A DNA stretch of 63,584 bases, the filler included, from Octopus bimaculoides (taxonomy: Eukaryota): the NCBI RefSeq assembly GCF_001194135.2. It is 6 parts of 6 records of this genome, joined end to end, with 100 filler letters (N's around TTAATTAATTAA, not from the genome) between each part and the next. Parts side by side here need not be neighbours in the genome. Positions count along the whole stretch, not along the records: positions 49,258 to 57,143 come from NC_068981.1; positions 57,244 to 60,079 come from NC_068984.1; positions 60,180 to 63,584 come from NW_026339218.1; 3 more parts are not named here. One strand, written 5' to 3'. The notes beneath the pieces were generated by a model that did not search any database, had not been told where the DNA came from, and was given only the letters and a program-made list of their open reading frames with translations. Shown piece after piece: positions 50,195 to 62,150 of this stretch. Each line of letters starts with the position of its first letter. The first letter of the stretch is position 1. A program made the position numbers and the translations under genes.

Positions 50195-51135
50195 CAACGG
50201 GGGTGGTAAAGACACTTTTAAACTGATCATCCTGTACCTCATTGATCCTGGTTAGGTTATCAATGAGAGAGCCATCCTTCTGGAAGAGGCTCCCATTTTG
50301 CAGAGGCTCTTTCTTTTGAATAATGAAAGAAGGCCTTTAGGTCTGATTTGATGTTTTTTTAAAAACTTAAGCCTCTTTGTCTGCTCTCTTCTTCACATAG
50401 GATTGTTGCTGGTTTTTTCAATCGCCATCAGTGTTATTTATAGTCGGAACCTTTCACTACTTTTGGGATGTTGGTTGAAGTGATTTGAAACATTCGTCCG
50501 TCTCTCTCTTATAAAGATCTTCCTCTACTTGGGAATCTTATTCCTTTTTGTGTTGGCCTTGTGCTCTGGGACATATTTCTGGCATATGGTTTGCATAATA
50601 GACATAAAACATTCTAGTTTCATGGCAATGTCTGGTGTGGACAGACATTCCGGCCAGTCTTGTCTGAAGATCGATTTTTGGATCGATTTCCAGTCTGCTT
50701 TGTGGAAGTTCAGACTGGAGAGATTTTGGGCGCTTCCTTTAGGCTGTGTGTCTCTGGCTACTTTGGGTCCAGACACAGATAGCTCTATTATGCTGTGATC
50801 CGAAACTAATATCGGCGTCACTTTCACATTATGAACGATGTCCATATTGTTTATGTAGCTGATTTCCCGTATTTTATTTGCCCTGGTTTGTTGGAGCGCA
50901 ATTTTCTCGATGAATAGGGCATTGGTGAGGTTGAGCAGGGATTCCGCCTGTGATGGTTTGCAATGAGTCATTCCTGAGGGCATGAGACCTTCGGGTCATT
51001 TGACACTGGGGAAGTTGAAATCACCCATAAGAAACACACTAACGTGATGTTCCAGTTTGATGAGGGGTTCTTTTATTCTTATGAAGCAATCTTCAAACTT
51101 GCTTGTGTGGTTTGGTGCATCCGGTGGGCGATATG
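50195..51135 (-). mobile_element. CR1-group LINE, APE endonuclease and tether fragment
   Basis: YRPPDA...FLMGDFNFP...SDHSIIEL...LNFHKADWKSI...FMSIMQTICQKYVP. Confidence 0.85.
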
Positions 51136-51329
51136 TAAGTTTGGATAGGTTGTCTTCTACTATAGCCTCGGACCGACCATAGCCTTGTGAGTGGATTTGG
51201 TAGATAGGTTAAAGCTACATGGGAAAATTCGGAACAATAGCTCGATGCACCAAAAACCGAGGGAGCATTTTTTAGACATGGTGGCCGGAAACGAAGACAC
51301 TCGATGATATAGGCAAAATGTGAGAATCC

Positions 51330-51900
51330 ATTGCTCTGTCAATCCAACAAATTAAAATTCCGCCCAAAGGACTAAAATTCAACCCAACACCACAGATTTC
51401 AAAGAAAAGTGAAATACAGAACGATGACCAAAACTTTTGTAGAAAAGTACGAGTTACAGAAGAAGTATTTCTCAAGAAATCAATGATCACTGAATACTTC
51501 GTAATTTGAAGCCAATTTCTTCCATAATGTTCAATCACATCCGAAATTTAAAGCAAATATAAGCCGAGAAGAATGAGAAATCATTAATAATCTCAACGAT
51601 GCTCAAATTATTGTTCTCAAAGAAGTTGATACAGAGTGCTACAGTCATCATGGACTCAGTGCCATCCATAAGCACTACTCTAACTCTCCTTCGTGACAAT
51701 ACCTATTATGAAAACATTATCAATTACCAACAACCGAACATAATGAAAAAACTCACTGCCCTCATCCAAAAGCTCCAAAAAGATTTAATGGAAAAGGAAA
51801 GGGTCTCCTTAGCAAGATTTAACTGCAAAAGCAGCAACTTTTGCAAACTTTCAAACATCTACAAGAGTGAATCCATAAATGAGGCCTGTAGCAGATCAAC
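51330..51900 (+). mobile_element. Penelope-like element, N-terminal RT region
   Basis: KGLKFNPTP...FCRK, SATVIMD, and KSSNFCKLSNIYKS (compare NFYGLPKIHK). Confidence 0.7.
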
Positions 51901-54249
51901 CACTTTGGTTATTAATATTCTACATCTCGGAGATTTATATATATTTTTATTTCTCATGTTTATGTTTATTCCTTGAATGATTTTAGGTATTTTCTTAGGG
52001 ATTTAACATGAAGAGTGACTGATTTTGGGAGTAAAATCATTTCCCCGTTCTAATAAACTTGGATAGAATTTGCTTATGATTTTATATAGTCCTATTTCAG
52101 CCATGAAACGCTCGTAGTCTATGTACTAGCTTTGACTTTTATACATATATACTTTCATACTTTATATTTTTGTATTAATTTTTACTGTCCAGTTTATAAT
52201 TTTGATTTTTAAATTAATATTTTTATGATGAATGTTTCTTTATATGATATATTTATATGATATATTATTTAAATTCAAAATTTTAGATTAAAATCTTAGA
52301 TAAATATTAGTATGGTATATGCCTCACAGCATGGATTTGGACGGGTTCTGAGTTGACTGAGTCGCAGAGCCGTGGTTCGTCTCTAAATTAGTTTTNNNNN
52401 NNNNNNNNNNNNNNNNNNNNNNNNNNNNNNNNNNNNNNNNNNNNNNNNNNNNNNNNNNNNNNNNNNNNNNNNNNNNNNNNNNNNNNNNNNNNNNNNNNNN
52501 NNNNNNNNNNNNNNNNNNNNNNNNNNNNNNNNNNNNNNNNNNNNNNNNNNNNNNNNNNNNNNNNNNNNNNNNNNNNNNNNNNNNNNNNNNNNNNNNNNNN
52601 NNNNNNNNNNNNNNNNNNNNNNNNNNNNNNNNNNNNNNNNNNNNNNNNNNNNNNNNNNNNNNNNNNNNNNNNNNNNNNNNNNNNNNNNNNNNNNNNNNNN
52701 NNNNNNNNNNNNNNNNNNNNNNNNNNNNNNNNNNNNNNNNNNNNNNNNNNNNNNNNNNNNNNNNNNNNNNNNNNNNNNNNNNNNNNNNNNNNNNNNNNNN
52801 NNNNNNNNNNNNNNNNNNNNNNNNNNNNNNNNNNNNNNNNNNNNNNNNNNNNNNNNNNNNNNNNNNNNNNNNNNNNNNNNNNNNNNNNNNNNNNNNNNNN
52901 NNNNNNNNNNNNNNNNNNNNNNNNNNNNNNNNNNNNNNNNNNNNNNNNNNNNNNNNNNNNNNNNNNNNNNNNNNNNNNNNNNNNNNNNNNNNNNNNNNNN
53001 NNNNNNNNNNNNNNNNNNNNNNNNNNNNNNNNNNNNNNNNNNNNNNNNNNNNNNNNNNNNNNNNNNNNNNNNNNNNNNNNNNNNNNNNNNNNNNNNNNNN
53101 NNNNNNNNNNNNNNNNNNNNNNNNNNNNNNNNNNNNNNNNNNNNNNNNNNNNNNNNNNNNNNNNNNNNNNNNNNNNNNNNNNNNNNNNNNNNNNNNNNNN
53201 NNNNNNNNNNNNNNNNNNNNNNNNNNNNNATTTGGTGTTAATTTGCTTTCTTTTGCATTAATCCTATTTCGGCCAGAGTTCTTTCGTCACACTTCTGTGA
53301 CCTCATCAGTAGCCCTTTCCTTTCTTCTTTCTTATTTGTGTGTCTTTCCTTACTAACGAGCATCCATTTTGTATTTTGTATTCCTATTGTATGTGACTTT
53401 ATTTGCGCATGCGTATCCCCAATGTGTGTCTATGTTTAGTAAGTGCGTGTGTGTGTATGGAGAATTCCTGTATTATCTGCATCTCCTGTTTATACACGTT
53501 CGTTTAATTTGTTATTATTTATTTGTTCATGTGTTTGTACCTACTTATTATTATGTTTTTTCTATTCTTTCTTTTTTTCTGTTTATATTTAATTTAATTT
53601 TGTTAACGTATATAGTTATTGTATTCCATTTGTTTATCTGTGTATTGTATTATATTTCATTATATTTCATTCATATTGTTATCAGTTTATGAGGATTTTA
53701 TTCTGTCGTATGTTGTGGTTTGTTGGGGTTGTATGCTAATGTTCCATTCCACTTTCCTATTCAGGCTAGGTTTATCTTCTATTATGTGTGTAGCTTCTGT
53801 AATTTGTCTAAACGTTGCATCTGTTCTATGTGCGGACAAGATTTTAACTTCTATGTTGTTGAGTGAGCCCCCGTGTTCCTACTAAAAAAAAAAAAAAATT
53901 AATATTGAAAATAAAATAAAATAAAATTGAATACAAACAAAAAGAGAAAGGATAGAAAAAATAATAATAAGTAGGTATAAATACATGAACAAATAAATAA
54001 TAACAAATTAAACGAACTTCATATGCAGATCCTTATATAATGTATATATTTGAAATTTACAAAGAAAAATAGACGAAGACAGTTGTATAAAAAAAACAAG
54101 CAGGTGTATTAATTTGGCGCTCGGGAAAGTGAGAAAGTCTTTAACGTTTCGAGCCCACGCTCTTCAACAGAAAGGAACACGAGGAAATAAACAGAGAGAA
54201 TTTTTTTAAAAATACTACATATAATATATATATATTAAAAACAATAATA

Positions 54250-55503
54250 TTAGGTCGTCAAGTATAAAATTTATAAAAAGCAAAATGTTTGCTTTTGTTT
54301 TATATTCATCAAAGTATGCACCCATATTGTCAATACATTTTTGCCATTTCAGGTGTAGCCGGAACTGTAAGAGCCCGGCAATCTAGAGTCAATAAAATCT
54401 TGGAAGGCCTGTTTTACAGCATCGTCGGAATTGAAATTGTTTCCTATCAAATAGTTATCCACATTCTGGAAGAAGTGGTAGTCAGTAGAAGCATGATCAG
54501 GTGAGTATGATAGATGATGGAGAACTTCTAACTCCAGCTCCTGTAGTTTCACCAGTGTCATTTTTGCGATGTGTGGTTTGACGTTGTCTTGCAATAAAAT
54601 AGGAGTGGATCTATTGATTAATATAAGCTGGGGTTTTTTTTTTTGTAAGTTTCTGCAACATTTGGTCCAGTTGGCCGCAGTATACTTCGCCGTGATTGAT
54701 GAGCCAGGTTTAATGAAATCATAATAGATCACACCTGCGCCAGACCACCAAACACACACCATCAGCTTCTTTTGATGAAATTTGCATTTTGGACTGTTTT
54801 GGTGGCTTGTTTTTGTCCAACCATTCTGCTGAACTTTTACGGTTGTTGTGTTGCATCCATTTCTCATCACATGTTACAATTCAATTCAAAAATGATTACG
54901 TTTTGTGACGAGAAAGTAGCATAATGCAGGCTTCCAAACGTTGCTGCTTCTGATTTTCATTGAGTTCATGTGGAACCCACTTATCCAACTCTTTCACTTT
55001 ACCGATTTGAACTAGGTGAGTCAATATTGTTTGCTTGCTAACACCAAACAACAACACTAATTCACGGGCTCTTTGAGATGGAACTGACTCGACAATGGTT
55101 TTCATCATTATCAATCTTTGTTTCTGATCGACCGCGATGCTCATTTGTGAGGTCAAAGTTACCAGAACGAAATTTTGCAGACCATTTTGATACTGCCTGT
55201 CGTATAATAACATTTGAATGAAATTCTCCATTAATATTCCGAGCTGTCTGTGATACTCCATTTCGAAGAAAGAACTCATATTTCAAAACTGATTGAATTT
55301 CCGACTTATCTGTCTCTAAATATAAATAACAAAAAATGATTTATAAATACTCTATAGAGTGCAAAATGAATTAGAATAAAGAAATAGATGTGTCAGCTTT
55401 TTAACAAAAAGAAAAGATTGTCAAAATATATTAATGACGCAAAATAAGCAGTTGTCAAAGTTTATCATATACCTTACTACAAATTTCATACTTGACGACT
55501 TAA
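54250..55503 (-). mobile_element. Full-length Hsmar1/cecropia-like mariner, inactive
   Basis: 23-bp TIRs (54250-54272, 55481-55503; 21/23 match) with TA flanks. Transposase pieces: GKVKELDKWVPHELNENQK, TCDEKW, QDNVKPH, YSPDHASTDYHFF; frameshifted. Confidence 0.95.
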
Positions 55504-55509
55504 TATATA

Positions 55510-55680
55510 GGCGCAGGAGTGGATGTGTCGTAAGTATCTTACTTCCCAACAACATGGTTCTGGGTTGAGTCCCACGGCGTTGCACTTTGGGTAAGTGTCT
55601 TCTACTACAGCCTCGGCCGACCAAATCCTTGTGTACGGATTTGGCAGACGGACATTGAAAGAAGCCCGTCGTAGATATAT
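55510..55680 (+). mobile_element. SINE family A, 5' half
   Basis: ggcgcaggagtggatgtgtcgtaag...gggttgagtcccacggcgttgcac...gaagcccgtcg, directly next to the mariner TIR. Confidence 0.8.
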
Positions 55681-55957
55681 ATCTTTCAAATTTTCCAGTA
55701 CTACAACATATTTGTCTTTCTCCCTCTATTTCACTCATTCACTTAATTTAAACCTTTGGCATCACGTTTACAACCCCCTTCCTTTGTATCTCTATATAAA
55801 CAAGCGTTCTTGTTCCTAATGCCCATGGAATAATATCATTGATCCCTTTATATCTCTATGTAAACAAACGTTCTAACGTTCACTGACCATGTAACATCTT
55901 AGCTCGTAATTTACCTCATCATTTCGTATTTGTCTTGCTTTTATATGTTTCTTTATG

Positions 55958-56048
55958 AATTCCCTGAAGAAGAATATATGAGGAATCCCAGCAGCTCTTA
56001 CTTCTTTGTGCAAGTGCTCTCATATATTTCGAAATATGTGTAGGAATT
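55958..56048 (+). ncRNA. Type I hammerhead ribozyme motif (probably Penelope pLTR-derived)
   Basis: Stem I aattcc/ggaatt; core CTGAAGA (55964-55970); 11-bp stem II gaatatatgag/ctcatatattt; GAAA (56031-56034); short stem III; GTA cleavage triplet (56040-56042). Confidence 0.75.
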
Positions 56049-56251
56049 AAAGGAACTTTTATTTATATGCGCTTTGCTCCATTTAATATTTTTATTCATA
56101 TCTTCTCAAAATGTATCACTTTAACTTGGTATCTCTATCTGTAAAACGGCTGTAATATCTTGGTTTCTAGTGTAATTTTGCTACCTCTGGTAACCATTAA
56201 CATATTTACATTATCAAAGGTTTTTTTTTAAACTGAGATAATATTAATAAA

Positions 56252-56301
<50 letters not shown>

Positions 56302-56430
56302 TTGTCTACGTTTTGTTTGCAATGTCCTGTACCCAGATATGCACCTATATATACAGGTAGACGTAGGTATGCACATACCCGTACGTATATATGCATATAC
56401 TCATTTATTATTTGTTATATATATATATAT

Positions 56431-56463
<33 letters not shown>

Positions 56464-57092
56464 GAGAGAGATATGTGTGCGTGTGTGTGTGTATAAACAT
56501 ATGCAAAAAATAATACATAAAAAAGACATCCATACTTGCTTAAAATAGATATACGAATCTATGACCGTGAGTCCGCTGCCCTAACCACTGGGCCATTGCG
56601 CCTCCACTGCCAGTATGGTATATAACAAATATAAAGAATATAGAAAAAAACAAAACACTACGAAAACAAATAATGCGAAGCAGATATTGAGCACATATTT
56701 CCCTAAATATGGATACAAAAAAAAGAAGCTGTTACTAAATCGATAGATTTAAATATCATCAAATCTATACGATACATTTAATAGTATGTTATAAACGATT
56801 TCAATGTTATAAACGATTTCTTAGGTTTGTTTTCCCAGCTTTACTTTTTCTGGTTTTCCTTTTCTTTGCATTTTATCAACAAACCCGATTCTAACAGTAT
56901 ATGTGACCCTACTGAAGTTATCGACAGGACATTAGCAACGACAATCTCACAGGGTGGGTATATATGTGTAGAAAGATGTTTTTGCACTTTCACACGATGT
57001 CTTAGTGTGTATACACACATACATAGAGATACACACATACATAGAAATACACACACACACACACCATACCACACAAACATATATATATGTGC

Positions 57093-57131
<39 letters not shown>

Positions 57132-57289
57132 TACATATATATANNNNNNNNNNNNNNNNNNNNNNNNNNNNNNNNNNNNNNNNNNNNTTAATTAATTAAN
57201 NNNNNNNNNNNNNNNNNNNNNNNNNNNNNNNNNNNNNNNNNNNTTCTTCTTCTTCTTCTTCTTCTTCTTCTTCTTTTTCTTCTTCTTCG

Positions 57290-57608
57290 TATTTGTTAGG
57301 TAGATTGATTTCTTGTTTGTATTTGTCAGCTTCCTTAAATACTGAAAACAGTTTTTTGTTTTGCTCGTGTTTTGTGGCTATTTGTATTAGTTTCCCTTGC
57401 TTCTGGAGTAGGTATTTTTTCAGTCCTTTGGTGGTTATTTTATAATAGTTTTCTAGCTGTATAAGACATCTGCCACCTTCTGTGCGTTGTATATATAGCC
57501 TTTCTATGTCAGATTTTGTGTGGTGCATCCTATATCCTGTCATTATTTTTCTTGTTTTCCTGTCTATTTTACATAGTTCGTTTAGTGTCCAGTTAAGGAT
57601 GTTGTAGC
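57290..57608 (-). mobile_element. R4/Dong-like LINE, post-RT region
   Basis: LNWTLNELCKIDRKTRKIMT...HHTKSDIERLYIQRTEGGRCLIQLE; the upstream boundary abuts a (TAA)n array. Confidence 0.85.
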
Positions 57609-57699
57609 TATTATTATTATTATTATTATTATTCAGGTTGCTTCCTTAAGCCATTATGCAATTATGGAATGAATTTTAGGGCATATAAATATAATATCT

Positions 57700-57945
57700 T
57701 ATCTTTCCTTAATACCGGTTCCCATATGCTGTTCATATCTGCACTCAGTCTGCTTAGGAGACTATAATGTCCTAGCATATGTGCTGCTTCTTTTAGTTTT
57801 CGTATTTTCCAGTGGTATTCTCTGTCTATTACTTTAACTTCATCCCACAGGAGTAGGTGGTCTCCATTTTTCCATACATGATCAGCTACACCTGATTTTC
57901 AATATCTCCCCGTATCACAGCTTTGCGATGTTCCTCTGCCCTTAT
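57700..57945 (-). mobile_element. Penelope-like GIY-YIG endonuclease, C-terminal fragment
   Basis: EEHRKAV...SGVADHVWKNGDH...WDEVKVIDREYHWKIRKLKEAAHM...WEPVL. Confidence 0.8.
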
Positions 57946-57959
57946 TTTTGAGGGGGCGG

Positions 57960-58370
57960 AATATTTCGCCTTTGTATAACCTACTACAGCTGCATGGGAT
58001 GGAGTACACGCAGTCCTTAGCCACATTATCTTCTATTAGTGGTTTTGCTCGAAGGAGATATTTGCGAAGTGTTGTATTGCTCTTGAATACTGCCCTGGTG
58101 TCATATGGACCTCATATCTTTCGTATCTTTTCGGAGAATCTGAATAAACTGGGATTTTCAGAAAGAGAAATTGACCGGCTGATTCGTACGTTGCAAGTCC
58201 AATTTGTGAGTGGAACAGTAAAAATAGGCAAGACTTTTCTCAAGTTCCAAATGTGAATATGTCTGTCTTGACTACATCCTCCCAAAGATGGAGCCTTGTA
58301 TCTTTGTTGGAAACCAGCTCCCTCCTCAGTGGAAAGATTTATAATAATTATAAAATAGGAGAGACGTACA
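57960..58370 (+). mobile_element. RLE-type LINE 3' end
   Basis: NLNKLGFSEREIDRLIRTLQVQFVSGTVKIGKTFLKF, then a short UTR ending in ataataattataa. Confidence 0.65.
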
Positions 58371-58739
58371 TACATATATAAGTTATAATTAAAATTAAAG
58401 TTTAGATATGAAGTTTTACAATTTAGCATCGAAACCTTATTTGGGGTATTTCCCTAGTGGTGTGTCGGCAGAGCACGTTCGCCACTTACGGCTAACACAC
58501 GTCATCCGCGATAAATGAAATACACGATCCCTATTGATCGCTTTTTTTTCCGATCCCTTTTGATCGAACTCCCCCCCTTTTTTTTCTTTCTTTCTTTCTC
58601 TCCTTCCCCCCTCCCAAAAAGAANNNNNNNNNNNNNNNNNNNNNNNNNNNNNNNNNNNNNNNNNNNNNNNNNNNNNNNNNNNNNNNNNNNNNNNNNNNNN
58701 NNNNNNNNNNNNNNNNNNNNNNNNNNNNNNNNNNNNNTG

Positions 58740-58891
58740 TGGCTAATACAAGAAATGTATCTATTAATCTATCTATTTATCGATCTATCTATCTATTTAT
58801 TTATCTATTTATCTATCTATCTATTCATCTATCTATCGATCTATCTATCTTTCTATCTATCTATGTATCTATTTATTTGTCTATCTCTCTA

Positions 58892-58923
<32 letters not shown>

Positions 58924-59314
58924 TCTATCTGCCCTTATTACGCTTTCTTTTACTTCTCTTCCATTTCAAACTCTATTCGCACTCACTCCCTCCCTCACTC
59001 ACACACTCCCATTTACAAACTTTTTTACTTGCACTTTCACTTTCTCGTCACTCTCGCTCTCCCTCTCTATCATTCTCATTACTAACCTTCCCCTTCCCTC
59101 TCTTTCTACCACAGCCACTCTCTATATATTTATATCATACTCCCTCAATCTCTCTCCCACTTTCTACCCCAAACAACCTCTCTCCCAGGTCTCTCTTTTT
59201 TTTCGTTTTTACAATCATTTCCTCATTCAATCTCTCTCTTTCTCACTTTCACACTCACACACTTCACATTACAAACTCAACTCTGTCGAACTTTCTGTCG
59301 CCCACACTTTTCTT

Positions 59315-59350
<36 letters not shown>

Positions 59351-59906
59351 ACTCTCTCTCTCTCTCTCTCTCCCTCTCTCTCTCTGCTGCCTCACTCTCT
59401 CGTTCTCTTTCCCCTTTCTCTCTCCACCCTCTCTCTCTCTCTCTCTTGGGACTTTCTCCTCTCTCTCACCTCACTCTCCCCATTCTCCCCTTCTCTCCTC
59501 CTCTCTCTCTCTCTGCATACATATACACATACAAATACACAATCATACGCGCACACAACACATAACTCTGTCAAACTTTCTCTCGCTCGAACACTTTCAT
59601 CTCACACACACACACACACACTTTCTATCCAGTCACACTCATAATTCATCTATTTTGTCTCTAACTAACGCATTTGGCTCTTATAACCGTACGTCTGTCT
59701 CCAGTTCTGGTTCCAATACCTTTACATTATATCAATAACATTGCAAGTAAAAAAAAAAACTTATACCCCAAATTTCACGTACTTTTCCTTCTTTCCTTCT
59801 TTCCGTCTTTCTTTCTCTTCTGTTTCGTTTTATTATTATTATTATTATCATTATTATTATTATTATTAATATTATTATTATTATGATTATTATTATTATT
59901 ATTATG

Positions 59907-59942
<36 letters not shown>

Positions 59943-59963
59943 ATTATTATTATTATGATTATG

Positions 59964-60038
<75 letters not shown>

Positions 60039-60080
60039 ATTATTATTATTATTATGTTTATTATTATTATGTTTATTATN
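58740..60080. repeat. (TCTA)n, (TC)n-rich and long (TTA)n low-complexity tracts
   Basis: Seen directly; explains the long S/L/I-rich ORFs. Confidence 0.95.
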
Positions 60081-60503
60081 NNNNNNNNNNNNNNNNNNNN
60101 NNNNNNNNNNNNNNNNNNNNNNNTTAATTAATTAANNNNNNNNNNNNNNNNNNNNNNNNNNNNNNNNNNNNNNNNNNNNTGTGTGAGTCTGTGTGCGTGT
60201 GTTGAGCACTTAACATCATTCTTCATATTTTCAGCTAAACAGAGAACAGGAATTAATAAGATGATATAATGTTTCAACAAGCAATTATGTAATATTGGGA
60301 GTTAATTTACCGAAAAACGTGTATGTTTTATAAAGCATAGAATACCATATATGGTTTTGTGAATATTATTATTGCTATATATATATAGAGAGAGAGATAG
60401 ATAGATAGATACATACATACATACATACATACACATTTACATATACATATACAAATGTATAAGTATATATGTGTAAATAGATAGAATACCATANNNNNNN
60501 NNN

Positions 60504-60546
<43 letters not shown>

Positions 60547-61530
60547 CATATAGATAGATACATACATACATGCACATTTACATATACATATACAAATGTA
60601 TAAGTATATATGTGTAAATAGGCATATACATACACGCGCCCGCACACACACACACACACACACACAAATTACATCCTGAATTAATGTCAGTGATCGAATT
60701 TTCACAGGGGACTTTCTCTCCTATGCACGTCTACACATATTATACACCATTATGTATTCATATGCAATATATTTGCATACCCACGAACACTCGCATATTA
60801 TTCGAAGCAGACACATTTGCCGACAATTATATAGACGCATACAATACATATGTGTTTGTGTGTAAGTGTAAATATGTATACATGACGCGTGTGTCTGTTT
60901 CTGTATATGTAAGTACTTTAGCGTGTACGTACACATGTGTATGTACACATATCCGTATATATTTGTAGTTATAACGTCTACATGTTTTTACAATTTGTCA
61001 GCGAGAAGATAAATAAGAAATAATAGAGACATAACTAGCAATAAAATGATAGGCAGCTTTACAGCGACCGAGGAAATGACACAGAGAGAAACAATAAACA
61101 ACGATTAACACTTAAATATACATGAAATCCATGGTGCATAACCTATGTACGCACAAAGAAAATGATGTATGTAATAAATTGTAACCCTTTATGTCATCAT
61201 GCAAGATTTATAAGAACTGAAACTAACAGAAATACGTAGTTCAGCAGCTGTTAAACAGACAATAGTCTCATACATATTATACGACTGGTGTATTTAGTTG
61301 GTTTTAATGTTTATTTGTTGTGGTTAGAGCTTCGATATGGCATTATTAGTGTTCAAGGGAGAGATAATTCTCTTTTTTTTAGTAAGCTTTTCGTTTATAA
61401 AGTAAATAATAATCCTTTTTTTATTACACTGTGTAACACGATTTTTGTCCTTGGGTAGCGACTGTTATTCCCTATTTGCTTACCCCTAGAAACTATAAAA
61501 AATGGCTAATATTTCCTTCAAACTTTGCTT

Positions 61531-61714
61531 GGGCTACTCGACCTGAAGAAAATTCATGCGCTGTTTATCTTGATATGAGATCACCATGTCGCACACGTAT
61601 GGTTGTGATGCATGTGCCTGGTGTACCCTTATCAGACGGGTGGTCGTGATGGATATACTGGGCTTCATATATTTTATGTGTCACTTTAATGGCATGCACT
61701 GCTCTCTCACTCAA
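61531..61714 (+). mobile_element. Family D repeat, 3' part
   Basis: gggctactcgacctgaagaaaattc...gagatcaccatgtc...gctctctcactcaata matches the 3' end of 25258-25814. Confidence 0.85.
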
Positions 61715-61786
61715 TACAGTTTAGTTTAATGGTAAAACACTTGACGCGTAATCACGGAAATGTGAGTTCGAGTCTCATGGCTAGCC
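61715..61786 (+). tRNA. tRNA-Thr(CGT)-like pseudogene, damaged 5' end
   Basis: D arm gttt-aatggta-aaac; anticodon arm cttga-cgCGTaa-tcacg (one mismatch, G33); T arm gtgag-ttcgagt-ctcat; acceptor stem 4/7 paired; T5 run about 10 nt downstream. Confidence 0.6.
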
Positions 61787-61927
61787 AGTAACGTATTTTT
61801 CTGCAATATATGGATAATTTATCCTGATCACGCAATTTATAGTATTATCACGCGTTTGAGAAATAAATTTATTTCTGTATCTTACAATACATCACAACAC
61901 TTCTAAAGACAAACTTTGTTTACTTTC

Positions 61928-61959
<32 letters not shown>

Positions 61960-61964
61960 TCTTT

Positions 61965-62150
61965 CTACTGGAAGCACAAGGCCTCAAAATTGGAGGAAGG
62001 GATTAAATAGATTACATCGACCCCAGCGCGTAACTGGTACTTATTTAATCGACCCCGAAAGGATAAAAGGCAAAGACGACCTCGGTGGAATTTGAACTCA
62101 GACGAAATGCCGCGAAGCATTTTGCCCGGCGTCCTAAAGATTCTGCCAGG
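61965..62150 (-). mobile_element. tRNA-derived SINE, family B
   Basis: gattacatcgaccccagc...ggtacttatttaatcgaccccgaaagg...cggtggaatttgaactca; runs into a gap. Confidence 0.8.

Noticed and set aside
56827-57000. Cys-containing ORF (SICDPTEV...YICVERC) considered as the missing SRCR3 half
   Set aside because: Cys spacing does not fit SRCR, there is no suitable phase-2 acceptor, and it runs into microsatellite.
58515-59738. 407-aa and 301-aa ORFs rich in S, L and Y
   Set aside because: Translations of (TCTA)n and (TC)n low-complexity DNA, partly spanning Ns.
60421-60621. ~60-bp direct duplication around a 10-N gap
   Set aside because: Most simply explained by two haplotypes or overlapping contig ends.
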